Shown piece by piece: positions 27,269-36,740 of a stretch of 64,000 nucleotides of DNA. Below the pieces are notes generated by a model. That model worked only from the letters and a program-made list of their open reading frames with translations, made no database searches and was not told the origin of the DNA. The position numbers were made by a program, and so were the translations under genes. The stretch's first letter is position 1. Each line of letters opens with the position of its first letter. Location of the stretch: the NCBI GenBank assembly GCA_963813535.1, contig CAWEZH010000002.1:992001-1056000 (forward strand). The letters run 5' to 3'. Source of the stretch: an uncultured Chloroflexia bacterium (lineage in GTDB: Bacteria > Chloroflexota > Limnocylindria > Limnocylindrales > CSP1-4).

Positions 27269-28111
27269 CTAACGACCGAGGGCGGCGTCGATCGCCCGGC
27301 GCGTGTACACCTCGGCCATCTTGGATCGATAGTCCCGGTCGGCATAGAAGTCACCGTTGACGGTCTGGCCCTCGGTCACGTGAGCGGCCGCCGCCGCGAC
27401 CGCGCTCGGCGAGCCGTCGCCGCCCATCAGCGCGGATTCGACGGCCTTGGCCCGGTATGGCGCCTCCCCCACCCCGGTGATGGCGATACGGGCGTGCGAC
27501 ACGCTCCCGCCGCTCATCGCCACGACCGCGCCGACCCCGACGATCGCGTAGCCCGAAGCCGGATTCGCCATCTTCTTGTACGACCCGGCCGCACCCTCGG
27601 GGAGCGGACCCCGGATGATCCTGACGAGGATCTCATCGGGCCGGATCGCCGTCTCGAAGGCGCCGGTGAAGAAGCCGTCGAGGGGCACGGTCCGCTCACC
27701 GCTCGACGAGCGGAGCACCGTCGAATAGTCCAGGGCGAGTGCCAGCGCTGGTGCATCGCTGGCGGGATCAGCGTGACTGATCGACCCGCCGATCGTCCCG
27801 CGGTTGCGGACCTGGACGTCGCCGATCTGGGAGAGGCATTCCTGGGCGATCGGCAGCTTCGCGACTTCGAGGACCTCGGCGTACGTCGCCAGCGCGCCGA
27901 CTTCGAAGCCGCCATCCGCCGTGGGGCCGACCCGCTTCAGCTCGTCGATCCCGCCGATGTCGACCAGCTTCGTCGGTCGTGCCAGCCGCAGCTTCATCAG
28001 CGGCAGCAGGCTCATCCCACCGGCGATGATCTTGGCCTCACCGCCCGCCAGCGCCCCGAGCGCGTCCTCGATCGAGCTCGCCCGCTGGTAGTCGAACGCT
28101 GCCGGGATCAT
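27269..28111 (-). CDS. coxM: xanthine dehydrogenase-family / form II CODH FAD-binding subunit (CoxM-like)
   Basis: MIPAAFDYQRA, AGGMSLLPLMKLRLA, IGDVQVRNRGTIGGSISHADPASD. Confidence 0.92.
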   Translation of the reverse strand: MIPAAFDYQRASSIEDALGALAGGEAKIIAGGMSLLPLMKLRLARPTKLVDIGGIDELKRVGPTADGGFEVGALATYAEVLEVAKLPIAQECLSQIGDVQVRNRGTIGGSISHADPASDAPALALALDYSTVLRSSSGERTVPLDGFFTGAFETAIRPDEILVRIIRGPLPEGAAGSYKKMANPASGYAIVGVGAVVAMSGGSVSHARIAITGVGEAPYRAKAVESALMGGDGSPSAVAAAAAHVTEGQTVNGDFYADRDYRSKMAEVYTRRAIDAALGR

Positions 28112-30531
28112 GCCTGGCCTCCCTTCGCCGACTGGATGGCTTGCCAGACCTTCTGTGGCGTGTACGGCATGTCGAGGTGCCGGATGCCGTGTGCGCCGAG
28201 CGCGTCGATCACGGCGTTGGCCACTGCGGCCGTGGATGCGATCGCGCCCGCTTCACCGACGCCCTTCACCCCGAGCGGGTTGACCGGCGAGGGGGTAACC
28301 GTCTTGTCGAGCTCGAAGTTCGGCAGTCGCGAGGCCTTGGGCAGCGCGTAGTCCATCATCGAGCCGGTCAGCAGCTGGCCGTCGTCGTTGTAGACCGCGC
28401 CCTCCCACAGCGCCTGGCCGACACCCTGGGCGATACCGCCGTGCAGCTGGCCGGCCACGATCAACGGGTTGATCTCGTTGCCAACGTCGTCGACCGCGAC
28501 GTAGCGCACGAGGTCGACCACACCGGTCTCCTCGTCGATCTCGACCGTCGCGATATGGGTGCCGAACGGCCACGTGCAGTTCGGCGTGTCGTAATAGGCC
28601 GTCTCGTCGAGATACGGCTCCATGCCCTCGGGAGCATCGAACGCCAGGTCGATGGCGAACGCGATCTCCTGGATCGTCTTCTTGCGGTCCGGCGAGCCCT
28701 TCACGCGGTATTCGGCACCGTCGATCTCGATGTCGTCGGGGGACGCCTCGAGCATGTGGGCGGCATAGCGCCGCGCCTTGTCACGGATCTTGTCCGTCGC
28801 CTTGATGGCGGCGGTCATCCCAACGGAGCTCGTCCGAGATCCGTAGGTCCCGTAGCCGAACGGCGTGCCCTGCGTGTCCGAGTGCTGGACGATGATGTCC
28901 TCCATCGGCACGCCGAGCTGGTCCGAGATGACCTGTGCGTACGTCGTCTCGTGGCCCTGGCCCTGTGGCTGGGTGCCCACGGTCGCGACGACCTTGCCGG
29001 TCAGGTGGACCTTGATGTTGGCCGACTCCCACATGGCCGCGCCCCAACCCTCGCCGACGGCACCGATCCACTTCGACGGGGCGACACCGCACACCTCGAT
29101 GTACGTGCTGAAGCCGACGCCGAGCAACTTGCCGCGGTCGCGCGCATCCGCCTTCTGGGCTGCGAGCGCCGGGTAGTCGACCATGGCCAGCGCCTTGTCC
29201 ATCGCCGGCTCGTAGTTGCCCGAGTCGATATAGATCTTGGCCCCGCCACTGGCGGTCCCGAGCCCCGACGGGTTGTCGTACGGGAACTGGTCGGGCTGGA
29301 TGAAGTTGCGCCGGCGGAGCTCGACGCGGTCCATGCCGATCTCGGCCGCGAAGAGGTCCATCGCCCGCTCGATGACATAGGTCGCCTCGGGACGACCGGC
29401 GCCGCGATAGGCGTCGACGAAGGTCGTGTTCGTGTAGACCCCAGTCACCTCGGCGTAGACGTTCGGGATCTTGTAGCAGCCGCTCAGGACGCGGGCGTAC
29501 AGCGTGGTCGGGATGCCCGGGCCGATGGTCGACAGCCGGCCGCCGAGGTTGGCATACGTCTTGACCCGCAGACCGGTGACCTCGCCGTCACGCTTGCCGG
29601 CGATCTCCAGGTACGTGATGTGGTCGCGACCGTGGATGGTCGACTGGTAGTTCTCGCGGCGGCCTTCGATCCACTTCACGGGCCGCCCGCCGATGGCCTT
29701 GCTCGCGAACATGCACAACGCCATGTCGGCGTAGGTGTAGATGCGCGAACCGAATGCGCCGCCGATATCTGGAGCGATGCAGCGGACCTTGTGCTCGGGG
29801 ATGCCGGTCACGAAGGCGGTCAGCAGCAGCCGCTGGATGTGCGGCGTCTGGCTCGACATCCAGACCGTGTATTCGTCGGTGCCGGGGTTGTACCAGCCGA
29901 TGTCGCCGCGGGTCTCGATCGAGTTCGGGATCAGACGCTGGTTGATGATCCGCTGCTTGACGACGACTTCCGCGCCATCGATCGCGGCGTCGGTGCCGGC
30001 CTTGTCGCCGACGTTCCATTCGAAGACGACATTCTTCGGTGCGTTCTCGTGGAGCTGTGGGGCTCCGGCTTCCATCGCCTTCTCGGCGTCGACCACGGCC
30101 GGCAGCGGCTCCCAGTCGACCTGGATGGCCTCCAGGGCGTCGACCGCCTGCTCCGGCGTGTCGGCGACCACCGCGGCCACGCCTTCGCCGGTCCACTTGA
30201 CGTCGTCCGTCGCCAGAACGCGCGGGGTGTTGACGTTGTTCTGGATGCCCGCGCTGCCACCGGCCGGCCACGCCATCGGCAGTGGGTTGTACGGGATGTC
30301 GGCACCGACGAACACGGCGTGGACGCCGGGCATCGTCTTGGCGGCGCTCGTGTCGATCGAGCGGATGTTGGCGTGCGCATACGGACTGCGCAGGATGGCC
30401 AGGTAGGTCATCGACTGCAGCTTGATGTCGTCGATGTAGCGGCCCTTGCCGGTGATGAACCGCGGGTCCTCGGTGCGTTTGATCGGCTGGCCGAGCGGCG
30501 TGGTCTTCGGGGCGTCGAGTACGTCGGTCAT
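28108..30531 (-). CDS. coxL: form II CoxL-like molybdopterin-binding subunit
   Basis: IKRTEDPRFITGKG, active-site loop DAYRGAGRPEA (form II), QGQGHETT, GVKGVGEAG. Confidence 0.93.
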   Translation of the reverse strand: MTDVLDAPKTTPLGQPIKRTEDPRFITGKGRYIDDIKLQSMTYLAILRSPYAHANIRSIDTSAAKTMPGVHAVFVGADIPYNPLPMAWPAGGSAGIQNNVNTPRVLATDDVKWTGEGVAAVVADTPEQAVDALEAIQVDWEPLPAVVDAEKAMEAGAPQLHENAPKNVVFEWNVGDKAGTDAAIDGAEVVVKQRIINQRLIPNSIETRGDIGWYNPGTDEYTVWMSSQTPHIQRLLLTAFVTGIPEHKVRCIAPDIGGAFGSRIYTYADMALCMFASKAIGGRPVKWIEGRRENYQSTIHGRDHITYLEIAGKRDGEVTGLRVKTYANLGGRLSTIGPGIPTTLYARVLSGCYKIPNVYAEVTGVYTNTTFVDAYRGAGRPEATYVIERAMDLFAAEIGMDRVELRRRNFIQPDQFPYDNPSGLGTASGGAKIYIDSGNYEPAMDKALAMVDYPALAAQKADARDRGKLLGVGFSTYIEVCGVAPSKWIGAVGEGWGAAMWESANIKVHLTGKVVATVGTQPQGQGHETTYAQVISDQLGVPMEDIIVQHSDTQGTPFGYGTYGSRTSSVGMTAAIKATDKIRDKARRYAAHMLEASPDDIEIDGAEYRVKGSPDRKKTIQEIAFAIDLAFDAPEGMEPYLDETAYYDTPNCTWPFGTHIATVEIDEETGVVDLVRYVAVDDVGNEINPLIVAGQLHGGIAQGVGQALWEGAVYNDDGQLLTGSMMDYALPKASRLPNFELDKTVTPSPVNPLGVKGVGEAGAIASTAAVANAVIDALGAHGIRHLDMPYTPQKVWQAIQSAKGGQA

Positions 30532-30547
30532 CGTTCCTCTCCCCGGA

Positions 30548-31042
<495 letters not shown>

Positions 31043-31195
31043 GGGCCGGACCTCCTTCGACGACGACTGTGACGCGGACTCGGGGTTCGCGACAGGGTCA
31101 GGATGCATGTGTCCGCTGGAGCAGAGGACCTCGCCCCGGCTGGCTCCTCGTGCCGGTGGGAGGGACTGCGATGGTCCCACCGTCGAGGGTCGGAA

Positions 31196-32080
31196 TCAAG
31201 TGCGGTCGGCACCCGTCGCGCGCGGTCGCCGGCCCCGTCCCGGAGGCGACGGCTCGACCCGGCCGAGTGCGGCCGAACGGCTGTCGATTGCGCGCGGGTC
31301 GAGGGCCTGGCGCCGCTCCTCGGGCGAGGCGGTCACGAGCCGCGCGGCCTCGCCGAGGCGACGGACCTTGGTCGCGGCCTCGTCCCAGATCAGTGCCCCC
31401 ATGGATCCCGAGGTGGCGAGACCGACCCGGTCGATGCCCCTGCCCGCGCTGGCCGCGGCGTAGCGCGCGGCCCACAGGAGGAGTTCCGGGCCGTCGTCAC
31501 TGCCCGCGTGTGCCGACAGTGCCCCGCAGATCAGTCCGCGCTCGGTCGGTGCCCTGACCGCGAGTCGCCAGTTGTCCGGCCCGTTGATGAGATCGACCGC
31601 GAGGCTCGAATAGGCGCCCGCGAGGATGGTCTCGATCCCCGCGATGTCGGCATTTCCGCCGGTGATCGCGAGCGTGAGATGCACATCCGTGCCGAGATCC
31701 GCGGTCAACTCGCGATGTGCGGCGGCATAGCGCTCCCGTGCTTCGTCGTTCGACCCGATCGTCGTCGCGCCGGGCTCGTGGACTTCGATCAATCGACAGC
31801 CCGCGTCGGCGAGGGCCAGGATGTCGCGCCGCACCTCCCCGACGTCGCGTGTCGAGGACCACGGTCCGACGATCACGGCCTTGACCAGGCGGTCGGAGCG
31901 CTCCGAGGTCGCCCGCCACGACCCGATGATGTCGTCCGGATGTCGCGGCCAGCCGCCATCGGTCGCGGGTTCGAGGCCGTGTTCGGCCTGCAGCTCGAGG
32001 CAGGCGTCGAGGATCGCCTCGGCTGGTGCGTCGTCGGGAAGCGGCGGCCGCGGCAGGGATCCGAGCAGCGTCGCGAACAT
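31196..32080 (-). CDS. cobalamin-independent methionine synthase II / URO-D-like TIM-barrel protein (divergent)
   Basis: ATLLGSLPRP, Q..HGLEPATDG, VKAVIVGPW, LADAGCRLIEVHEP, LICGAL; canonical Zn ligands not evident. Confidence 0.7.
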   Translation of the reverse strand: MFATLLGSLPRPPLPDDAPAEAILDACLELQAEHGLEPATDGGWPRHPDDIIGSWRATSERSDRLVKAVIVGPWSSTRDVGEVRRDILALADAGCRLIEVHEPGATTIGSNDEARERYAAAHRELTADLGTDVHLTLAITGGNADIAGIETILAGAYSSLAVDLINGPDNWRLAVRAPTERGLICGALSAHAGSDDGPELLLWAARYAAASAGRGIDRVGLATSGSMGALIWDEAATKVRRLGEAARLVTASPEERRQALDPRAIDSRSAALGRVEPSPPGRGRRPRATGADRT

Positions 32081-32099
32081 CGGCTCTATCGGCCGCCGG

Positions 32100-33311
32100 C
32101 TAGGGCACGAACCGCGGCGTCCCGACGATGATCCCGAGCACGACGGCCAGCGCGACCACCCCGATCGCCAGGACGGGCACGTACCAGGGAACGGTCGCGA
32201 TACGAGCCGCGGTGCTGCCCGCCGGCTGCCACAGCAGTGCCACGGTCGAGACCCGCGTCGGCGGCCACACCGTCCCGATCCAGAGACCCGTCGCAAGGCC
32301 GCCGAGGTGGGCGGCGTTGTCGATGTTCGGGATGGCGAGGCCGAACACGATGTTCACGAGGATCAGGAAGCCGAGCTGACCCACCAGCATCCGGCTCGAT
32401 CGATCCACCGGCCGGTGGAAGCGGTTCGCGGCGAGCAACAGCCCGAACAACCCGAAGATCGCGCCCGATGCGCCGACCGATGGCACCTCGGCGCCGAAGA
32501 CGAAGCTCGCGATCGAACCGCCGGCGGCACACAGGAGGTAGAACAGGAGGAAGCGGGCGGGGCCGTACCAGCGCTCGACGATCGGTCCGCACAGATACAG
32601 CGCATACATGTTGAAGAACAGGTGCGCGAGCGATTGCCCGAAGAAGCCCGGTTCCGGACTGCCGTGCAGCAGCGTGACGGTCCACAGCCGCCAGTACTCG
32701 CCCTCGGCCACGGCCTGCTTGTCGAGCTGGAAGGCCTCGTACAGGAACAGACCCTCCGTCGACAGGATGGCCGTGAGGGACACGATGACCGTGGCGGCGA
32801 TCAGGACGGTGGTCACCGACAACATCGACGACTCGCCCCGGCCACGCGCGAAATAGCCCCGAGCGGCGTCGGTGTCGCCGGTCTCCTTCGACAGCCAGCC
32901 GAGCGTATTGGCGATCTCCGCCTTGTCGCCGGCCGGCGCACGACGTTCGGCCTGCCGATAGGCGCTGATGGCGCCGTTCATGTCGCCGTCACGGACCGCG
33001 GCCGCGGCGATGTTGCGCCATGCCGGGTACGCGGAGGGCGTCTCTCCGACCTGGATGACGGCCCGCCACGCGGCGAGGGCGGAATCGTCCTCACCGAGCT
33101 GGAGCCGTGCCTGGCCGAGCCCGAGGAGAGCCGCGGCGGTCATGCTCGCGTCGTCGAACCCGACGACCCGGCCGTAAAGGGCGGCGGCCTCGGCGTGATC
33201 GCCCGCGGCGAGGCGGGAATCGCCTTCGGCGAGGAGGGCCGACGCCTCCTCCCTCGATAGACGGCCCGGCCGCAACGGATCGGGCGAGGCGGGGGGCCGA
33301 GCGTCGTCCAT
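32100..33311 (-). CDS. TPR-containing rhomboid intramembrane serine protease
   Basis: N-terminal TPR-like helices; EYWRLWT..LLH, HLFFNM, SVGASGAIFG, AAHLGG. Confidence 0.93.
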   Translation of the reverse strand: MDDARPPASPDPLRPGRLSREEASALLAEGDSRLAAGDHAEAAALYGRVVGFDDASMTAAALLGLGQARLQLGEDDSALAAWRAVIQVGETPSAYPAWRNIAAAAVRDGDMNGAISAYRQAERRAPAGDKAEIANTLGWLSKETGDTDAARGYFARGRGESSMLSVTTVLIAATVIVSLTAILSTEGLFLYEAFQLDKQAVAEGEYWRLWTVTLLHGSPEPGFFGQSLAHLFFNMYALYLCGPIVERWYGPARFLLFYLLCAAGGSIASFVFGAEVPSVGASGAIFGLFGLLLAANRFHRPVDRSSRMLVGQLGFLILVNIVFGLAIPNIDNAAHLGGLATGLWIGTVWPPTRVSTVALLWQPAGSTAARIATVPWYVPVLAIGVVALAVVLGIIVGTPRFVP

Positions 33312-33338
33312 CGGCCCGACGATACTAGACTTCCGACC

Positions 33339-34073
33339 ATGTGCGGACGGTTCACGCAAGAGCGGCCGGCCTCCGATCTGGCCGAGATCTTCGCGGCCGA
33401 ACCGCTCGCCGACGAGCTCGGAGCCCGCTACAACGTCGCCCCGACTGACGACGCGTTCGTCGTGGTCCAGCGCGAGGAGCGGCGCGCCCTGACGGCCTAC
33501 CGCTGGGGCCTGATCCCCCACTGGTCGACCGACCTAAAGGGTGGCTCGCGGATGTTCAACGCCCGAGCCGAGACCATCACCGCCAGCCCCGCCTTCCGCG
33601 AGGCATTCCGTCGGCGACGATGCATCGTGCCGGTCGATTCGTTCTACGAATGGAAGCGCGAGGGCGCGGTCCGCCAGCCCTACCGGGTGACGAGGGCCGA
33701 CGGTCTCCCGCTGGCGCTGGCGGGGCTATGGGCCGGCTGGCGCGACCCGGAGATCGACGAGGTCCGGCGGACGTTCACGATCGTGACGACGACGCCGAAC
33801 GAGGCCATGGCCGGACTCCACGATCGCATGCCGGTGGTGCTGGACGTGTCAGCGTGGGACCGCTGGCTGGTCGACGGCCGGGCGGGGCCGCCGGTCGACG
33901 AGGGTGAGCTGCTGGCGATGCTCCAACCGACCGACGACGTCGAGCTCCGGATCTACCCGGTCAACCGCTACGTCAACGACGTCCGACAGGATGGCCCGGA
34001 ACTGATCGAGCCGCTGTCGGACGCGCCGGCGACTGGTGTCGCCACGGCGGCCGAGGGCACGCTCGGCTTCTAG
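33339..34073 (+). CDS. SOS response-associated peptidase (SRAP/YedK/HMCES)
   Basis: MCGRF N-terminus, YNVAPT, WGLIPHW, NARAET, RRCIVP..FYEW, HDRMPVVL. Confidence 0.96.
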   Translation: MCGRFTQERPASDLAEIFAAEPLADELGARYNVAPTDDAFVVVQREERRALTAYRWGLIPHWSTDLKGGSRMFNARAETITASPAFREAFRRRRCIVPVDSFYEWKREGAVRQPYRVTRADGLPLALAGLWAGWRDPEIDEVRRTFTIVTTTPNEAMAGLHDRMPVVLDVSAWDRWLVDGRAGPPVDEGELLAMLQPTDDVELRIYPVNRYVNDVRQDGPELIEPLSDAPATGVATAAEGTLGF

Positions 34074-34714
34074 GCGCTCACCGACTCGGCACTCACCGAC
34101 GCCACGAGCGCCTCGAAGGCGTCGCGCGGCGGATCGCCCCGATCGAGCGCTGCCGCGTAGCGACCGACCGCTGCACCCGCTGCCGACTCATCCTGGTCAT
34201 CGATCTCGAGGGTGATGGCGGTGGGCGGCAGGCCTTTCGGCACCGATGTGCCGGACGGAACGATGACGACGAGCGCGGTGTCGGCCCACGTGGCTGCGGC
34301 GACCGCCTCCGCCAGGACGTCGTCGGGCAGGTGGACCGCGACGATGACGCCGATCTGTGGGAGATAGCGCAGGGCGAGATTCACGTCCGCCGCCTCGAGA
34401 TGTGCCGCGTCCCGAATCGAGGTCGATGGCGGTGCCGCGGCCTCCTCTGACGCTGGATCCTGACCCTCGACCAGTTCATCGGGGACGACCGCCGTCCGCT
34501 CGCCCAGGTCGCGCAGGACGGCCACGTGTCCGACCTTCTGACGCGCGAGCGACAGCAGCACCGCATCGCCTGCCGGGTCGTCGCCGAGCCTGGCGATAAC
34601 CTCGACACGCGTATCGGCAGCGGCAGCGGCCGTGGCGACCGACGAGACCAGGCCGGCCGCATCGGAATCGTCATCGAACCCTCGCAGCCGGAGCGCACCG
34701 ATGACGACGATCAC
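34070..34714 (-). CDS. hypothetical protein with PfkB-like N-terminal fold
   Basis: MIVVIG..., VEVIARLGDDPAGDAVLLSL (PfkB signature-1 like); lacks the DTTGAGD signature. Confidence 0.6.
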   Translation of the reverse strand: MIVVIGALRLRGFDDDSDAAGLVSSVATAAAAADTRVEVIARLGDDPAGDAVLLSLARQKVGHVAVLRDLGERTAVVPDELVEGQDPASEEAAAPPSTSIRDAAHLEAADVNLALRYLPQIGVIVAVHLPDDVLAEAVAAATWADTALVVIVPSGTSVPKGLPPTAITLEIDDQDESAAGAAVGRYAAALDRGDPPRDAFEALVASVSAESVSA

Positions 34715-34743
34715 GTCGTCAGGCTACCCGACCTTGATGTCGC

Positions 34744-35409
34744 CTATGTCTGGCTATCGTCGCTCCCCGATCCCTTGCCGGAGCTGTCGCCGCTCCCCGA
34801 GCCCTTGCCGGAGCTATCGCCGCTCCCGGAGCCTGGGCCGGAGCTGTCGTCACTCCCCGAGCCACTGCCGGAGCCGCCGCCGTGATCGTCGGTACCGGAC
34901 GGTTCATCGGTCTCGGTCGGCGAGGGCCGCGCCGTAACGGTGGGCGTGGCGGTCGGCGACGGACTCGGCGAGATGCTGGGGGACGGGGACGGGACGACCG
35001 ACGGGGACGGGATCGGTGACGGGCTCGGCAGGGTGGGCGGCGGCGTCCCGTCCGGGCCGAGCAGCCGGCTCGCACCGATGACGGCCACGGAGCCGACCGA
35101 GCCGACCGCGACGGCCAGTGCCAGCAGCATCGCGAACGCCTGCGCGCGTAGCGCGAGCGGTCGGCCGCTGCCGAAGGCGATCGCCCAGGCGTCCCTGGCC
35201 GTCGCGAGCAGTCCGCGACCGGCCGGTCGCGGCATGGGTTCGTCGGCGATGGCCGCCATGACGCGGTCCTCGAAGCCGACGCTCGGGCCGGCCAGACCCG
35301 TGGCGGCGTACGTCTCCAGGTCCCGGGCCGTGGCCAGCAGCTCGGCGCTCTCGGAGTCGAGCTCGAGGTCGAGCTCGGACGGATGGAAGCGGCTGCGCGG
35401 ATCGCTCAT
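34744..35409 (-). CDS. putative membrane anti-sigma factor with P/S linker and Gly/Ser/Asp tail
   Basis: Overlaps the sigma stop (ATGA), PSVGFEDRVMAAI motif, one TM helix. Confidence 0.75.
   Translation of the reverse strand: MSDPRSRFHPSELDLELDSESAELLATARDLETYAATGLAGPSVGFEDRVMAAIADEPMPRPAGRGLLATARDAWAIAFGSGRPLALRAQAFAMLLALAVAVGSVGSVAVIGASRLLGPDGTPPPTLPSPSPIPSPSVVPSPSPSISPSPSPTATPTVTARPSPTETDEPSGTDDHGGGSGSGSGSDDSSGPGSGSGDSSGKGSGSGDSSGKGSGSDDSQT
34755..34882. repeat. 30-bp coding tandem repeat (about 4 copies) encoding DSSG(K/P)GSGSG
   Basis: CGCTCCCCGA(T/G)CCCTTGCCGGAGCT(G/A)TCGC recurs with a 30-bp period. Confidence 0.8.
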
Positions 35410-36101
35410 CGCTCGCCCCCTTCCATGCTGGATCGCAGTCGCGCCAGCCCTCGATGGAGATGGGTCTTCACGGTCCCGAGTGGTCGGCCGGTCTCCTGGG
35501 CGATCTCCTCCAGCGAGGCCTCCCCGAAGAACCGCAGCGCGACGACCTCGCGGTACGGCTCGGGAAGGGTCGCGACGGCGGTGCGTACCTCGGTCGCCCG
35601 TTCGGCGCGCAACGACAGGATCGCCGGATCGGTCATCGGGGCGGCGGCCATCGCATCGCGCTCGGCCGCGCGGTCGGCGGCGCTCGGCGACGCCTCGGAG
35701 GCGCTGACCCCAGCCGGCGAGCGCCATGCGACCGTCCGGCGCCGGCCCGCCTGTCGCAGCGCGATGCGCACCCCGATCCGGGTCAGCCAGGCGCCGAACG
35801 GCCCGTCGCCGCGCCAGCTGGACAGGGAACGGAACGCGGTCACGAACGCCTCCTGGGCGGCGTCCTCCGCCTCGGCGTGGTCGCCGAGGACCCGATGGCA
35901 GGCCCGGACGAGCGCGGGTGCCTCGCGCTCGACGAGACGGCGATAGGCCTCGCGGTCGCCCGCCAGGACCGCGTCCACGATGGCGCGATCGTCGTTCCAG
36001 ACGGTCGGTTCGAAGGCAGGCGATGACTCGGTGGCGATGAGCGACCTCCAGGCGGCGTGGGGGCCTTGGACGTCGGACACACCGGATCGGCCCATGACCA
36101 T
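35406..36101 (-). CDS. ECF RNA polymerase sigma factor
   Basis: GDREAYRRLVER, AEDAAQEAF, FGAWLTRI, LPEPYREVVALR, EIAQETGRPLGTVKTHLHRG. Confidence 0.93.
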   Translation of the reverse strand: MVMGRSGVSDVQGPHAAWRSLIATESSPAFEPTVWNDDRAIVDAVLAGDREAYRRLVEREAPALVRACHRVLGDHAEAEDAAQEAFVTAFRSLSSWRGDGPFGAWLTRIGVRIALRQAGRRRTVAWRSPAGVSASEASPSAADRAAERDAMAAAPMTDPAILSLRAERATEVRTAVATLPEPYREVVALRFFGEASLEEIAQETGRPLGTVKTHLHRGLARLRSSMEGGER

Positions 36102-36167
36102 GATGCCGTGGTCTGGGCCGATCCACCCTGAAGCGGGTCGTGTCCGCATGGACGACGGGCGATCCCG

Positions 36168-36656
36168 TCAGTCGTCGTCGCCGCCATCACGGCCGGACGA
36201 TCCACCATGGTCGTCTCCTGCACCATCGTCGTCGCCGCCATGGCCATCGCCGTCGCGGCCGGATGAGCCGCCGTGATCGTCGTTGTCGCCGTCGTCATCG
36301 CCGTTGCGCCCGGACTGCCCACGCTGCCCGGAATCACCACCGTTGTCGTCGTTGGCGTCGTCGGTCGCCCCGGCGGTCGCTGTGGGTTCGGCAGTGCCGG
36401 CGGCGCGTGGCTGAGTGGTCGCGTCTGCAGTCGGCTCTGCCGTCGGGTCAGCGGTGGCCTCGGCGGTCGCCTCTGCGGTGGCTTCGGCGGTCGCGGTCGG
36501 CTCGGTCGTCGGGGATGCCGTCGGTGAGATCAGGGCTGGTGCAGCCGGGGATGGGCTGGCGGTCCCGTCGTTGGCGGCCATGGCCACACCAGCGACCAGG
36601 AAGAGCGAGGCACCTGTGATCAGGAGGCCTCGGAGTAGGCGCGGGTCATTTCGCAT
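36168..36656 (-). CDS. secreted low-complexity (Ala/Thr then Gly/Asp/His) protein
   Basis: Signal peptide LLITGASLFLVAGVAMA, (TAEA)n repeats, DDHGG tail. Confidence 0.7.
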   Translation of the reverse strand: MRNDPRLLRGLLITGASLFLVAGVAMAANDGTASPSPAAPALISPTASPTTEPTATAEATAEATAEATADPTAEPTADATTQPRAAGTAEPTATAGATDDANDDNGGDSGQRGQSGRNGDDDGDNDDHGGSSGRDGDGHGGDDDGAGDDHGGSSGRDGGDDD

Positions 36657-36715
36657 CGGTGTCGTCGTCTCCGTGAGTGTCGGCCGGTCATCGTGATCGG
36701 TCGCTACTCAGTCGA

Positions 36716-36740
36716 GACGTCGACGGGCGAAAATGTTTCA
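36716..36740 (-). promoter_or_regulatory. putative ECF-type promoter (TGAAAC-N15-CGTC) upstream of the secreted protein-sigma-anti-sigma operon
   Basis: Minus strand TGAAAC attttcgcccgtcga CGTC, 60 nt before the first gene; resembles AAC/CGT ECF consensus. Confidence 0.5.

Noticed and set aside
36420-36500. 12-bp periodicity
   Set aside because: A coding repeat for TAEA/TADP in a low-complexity linker, not an independent element.
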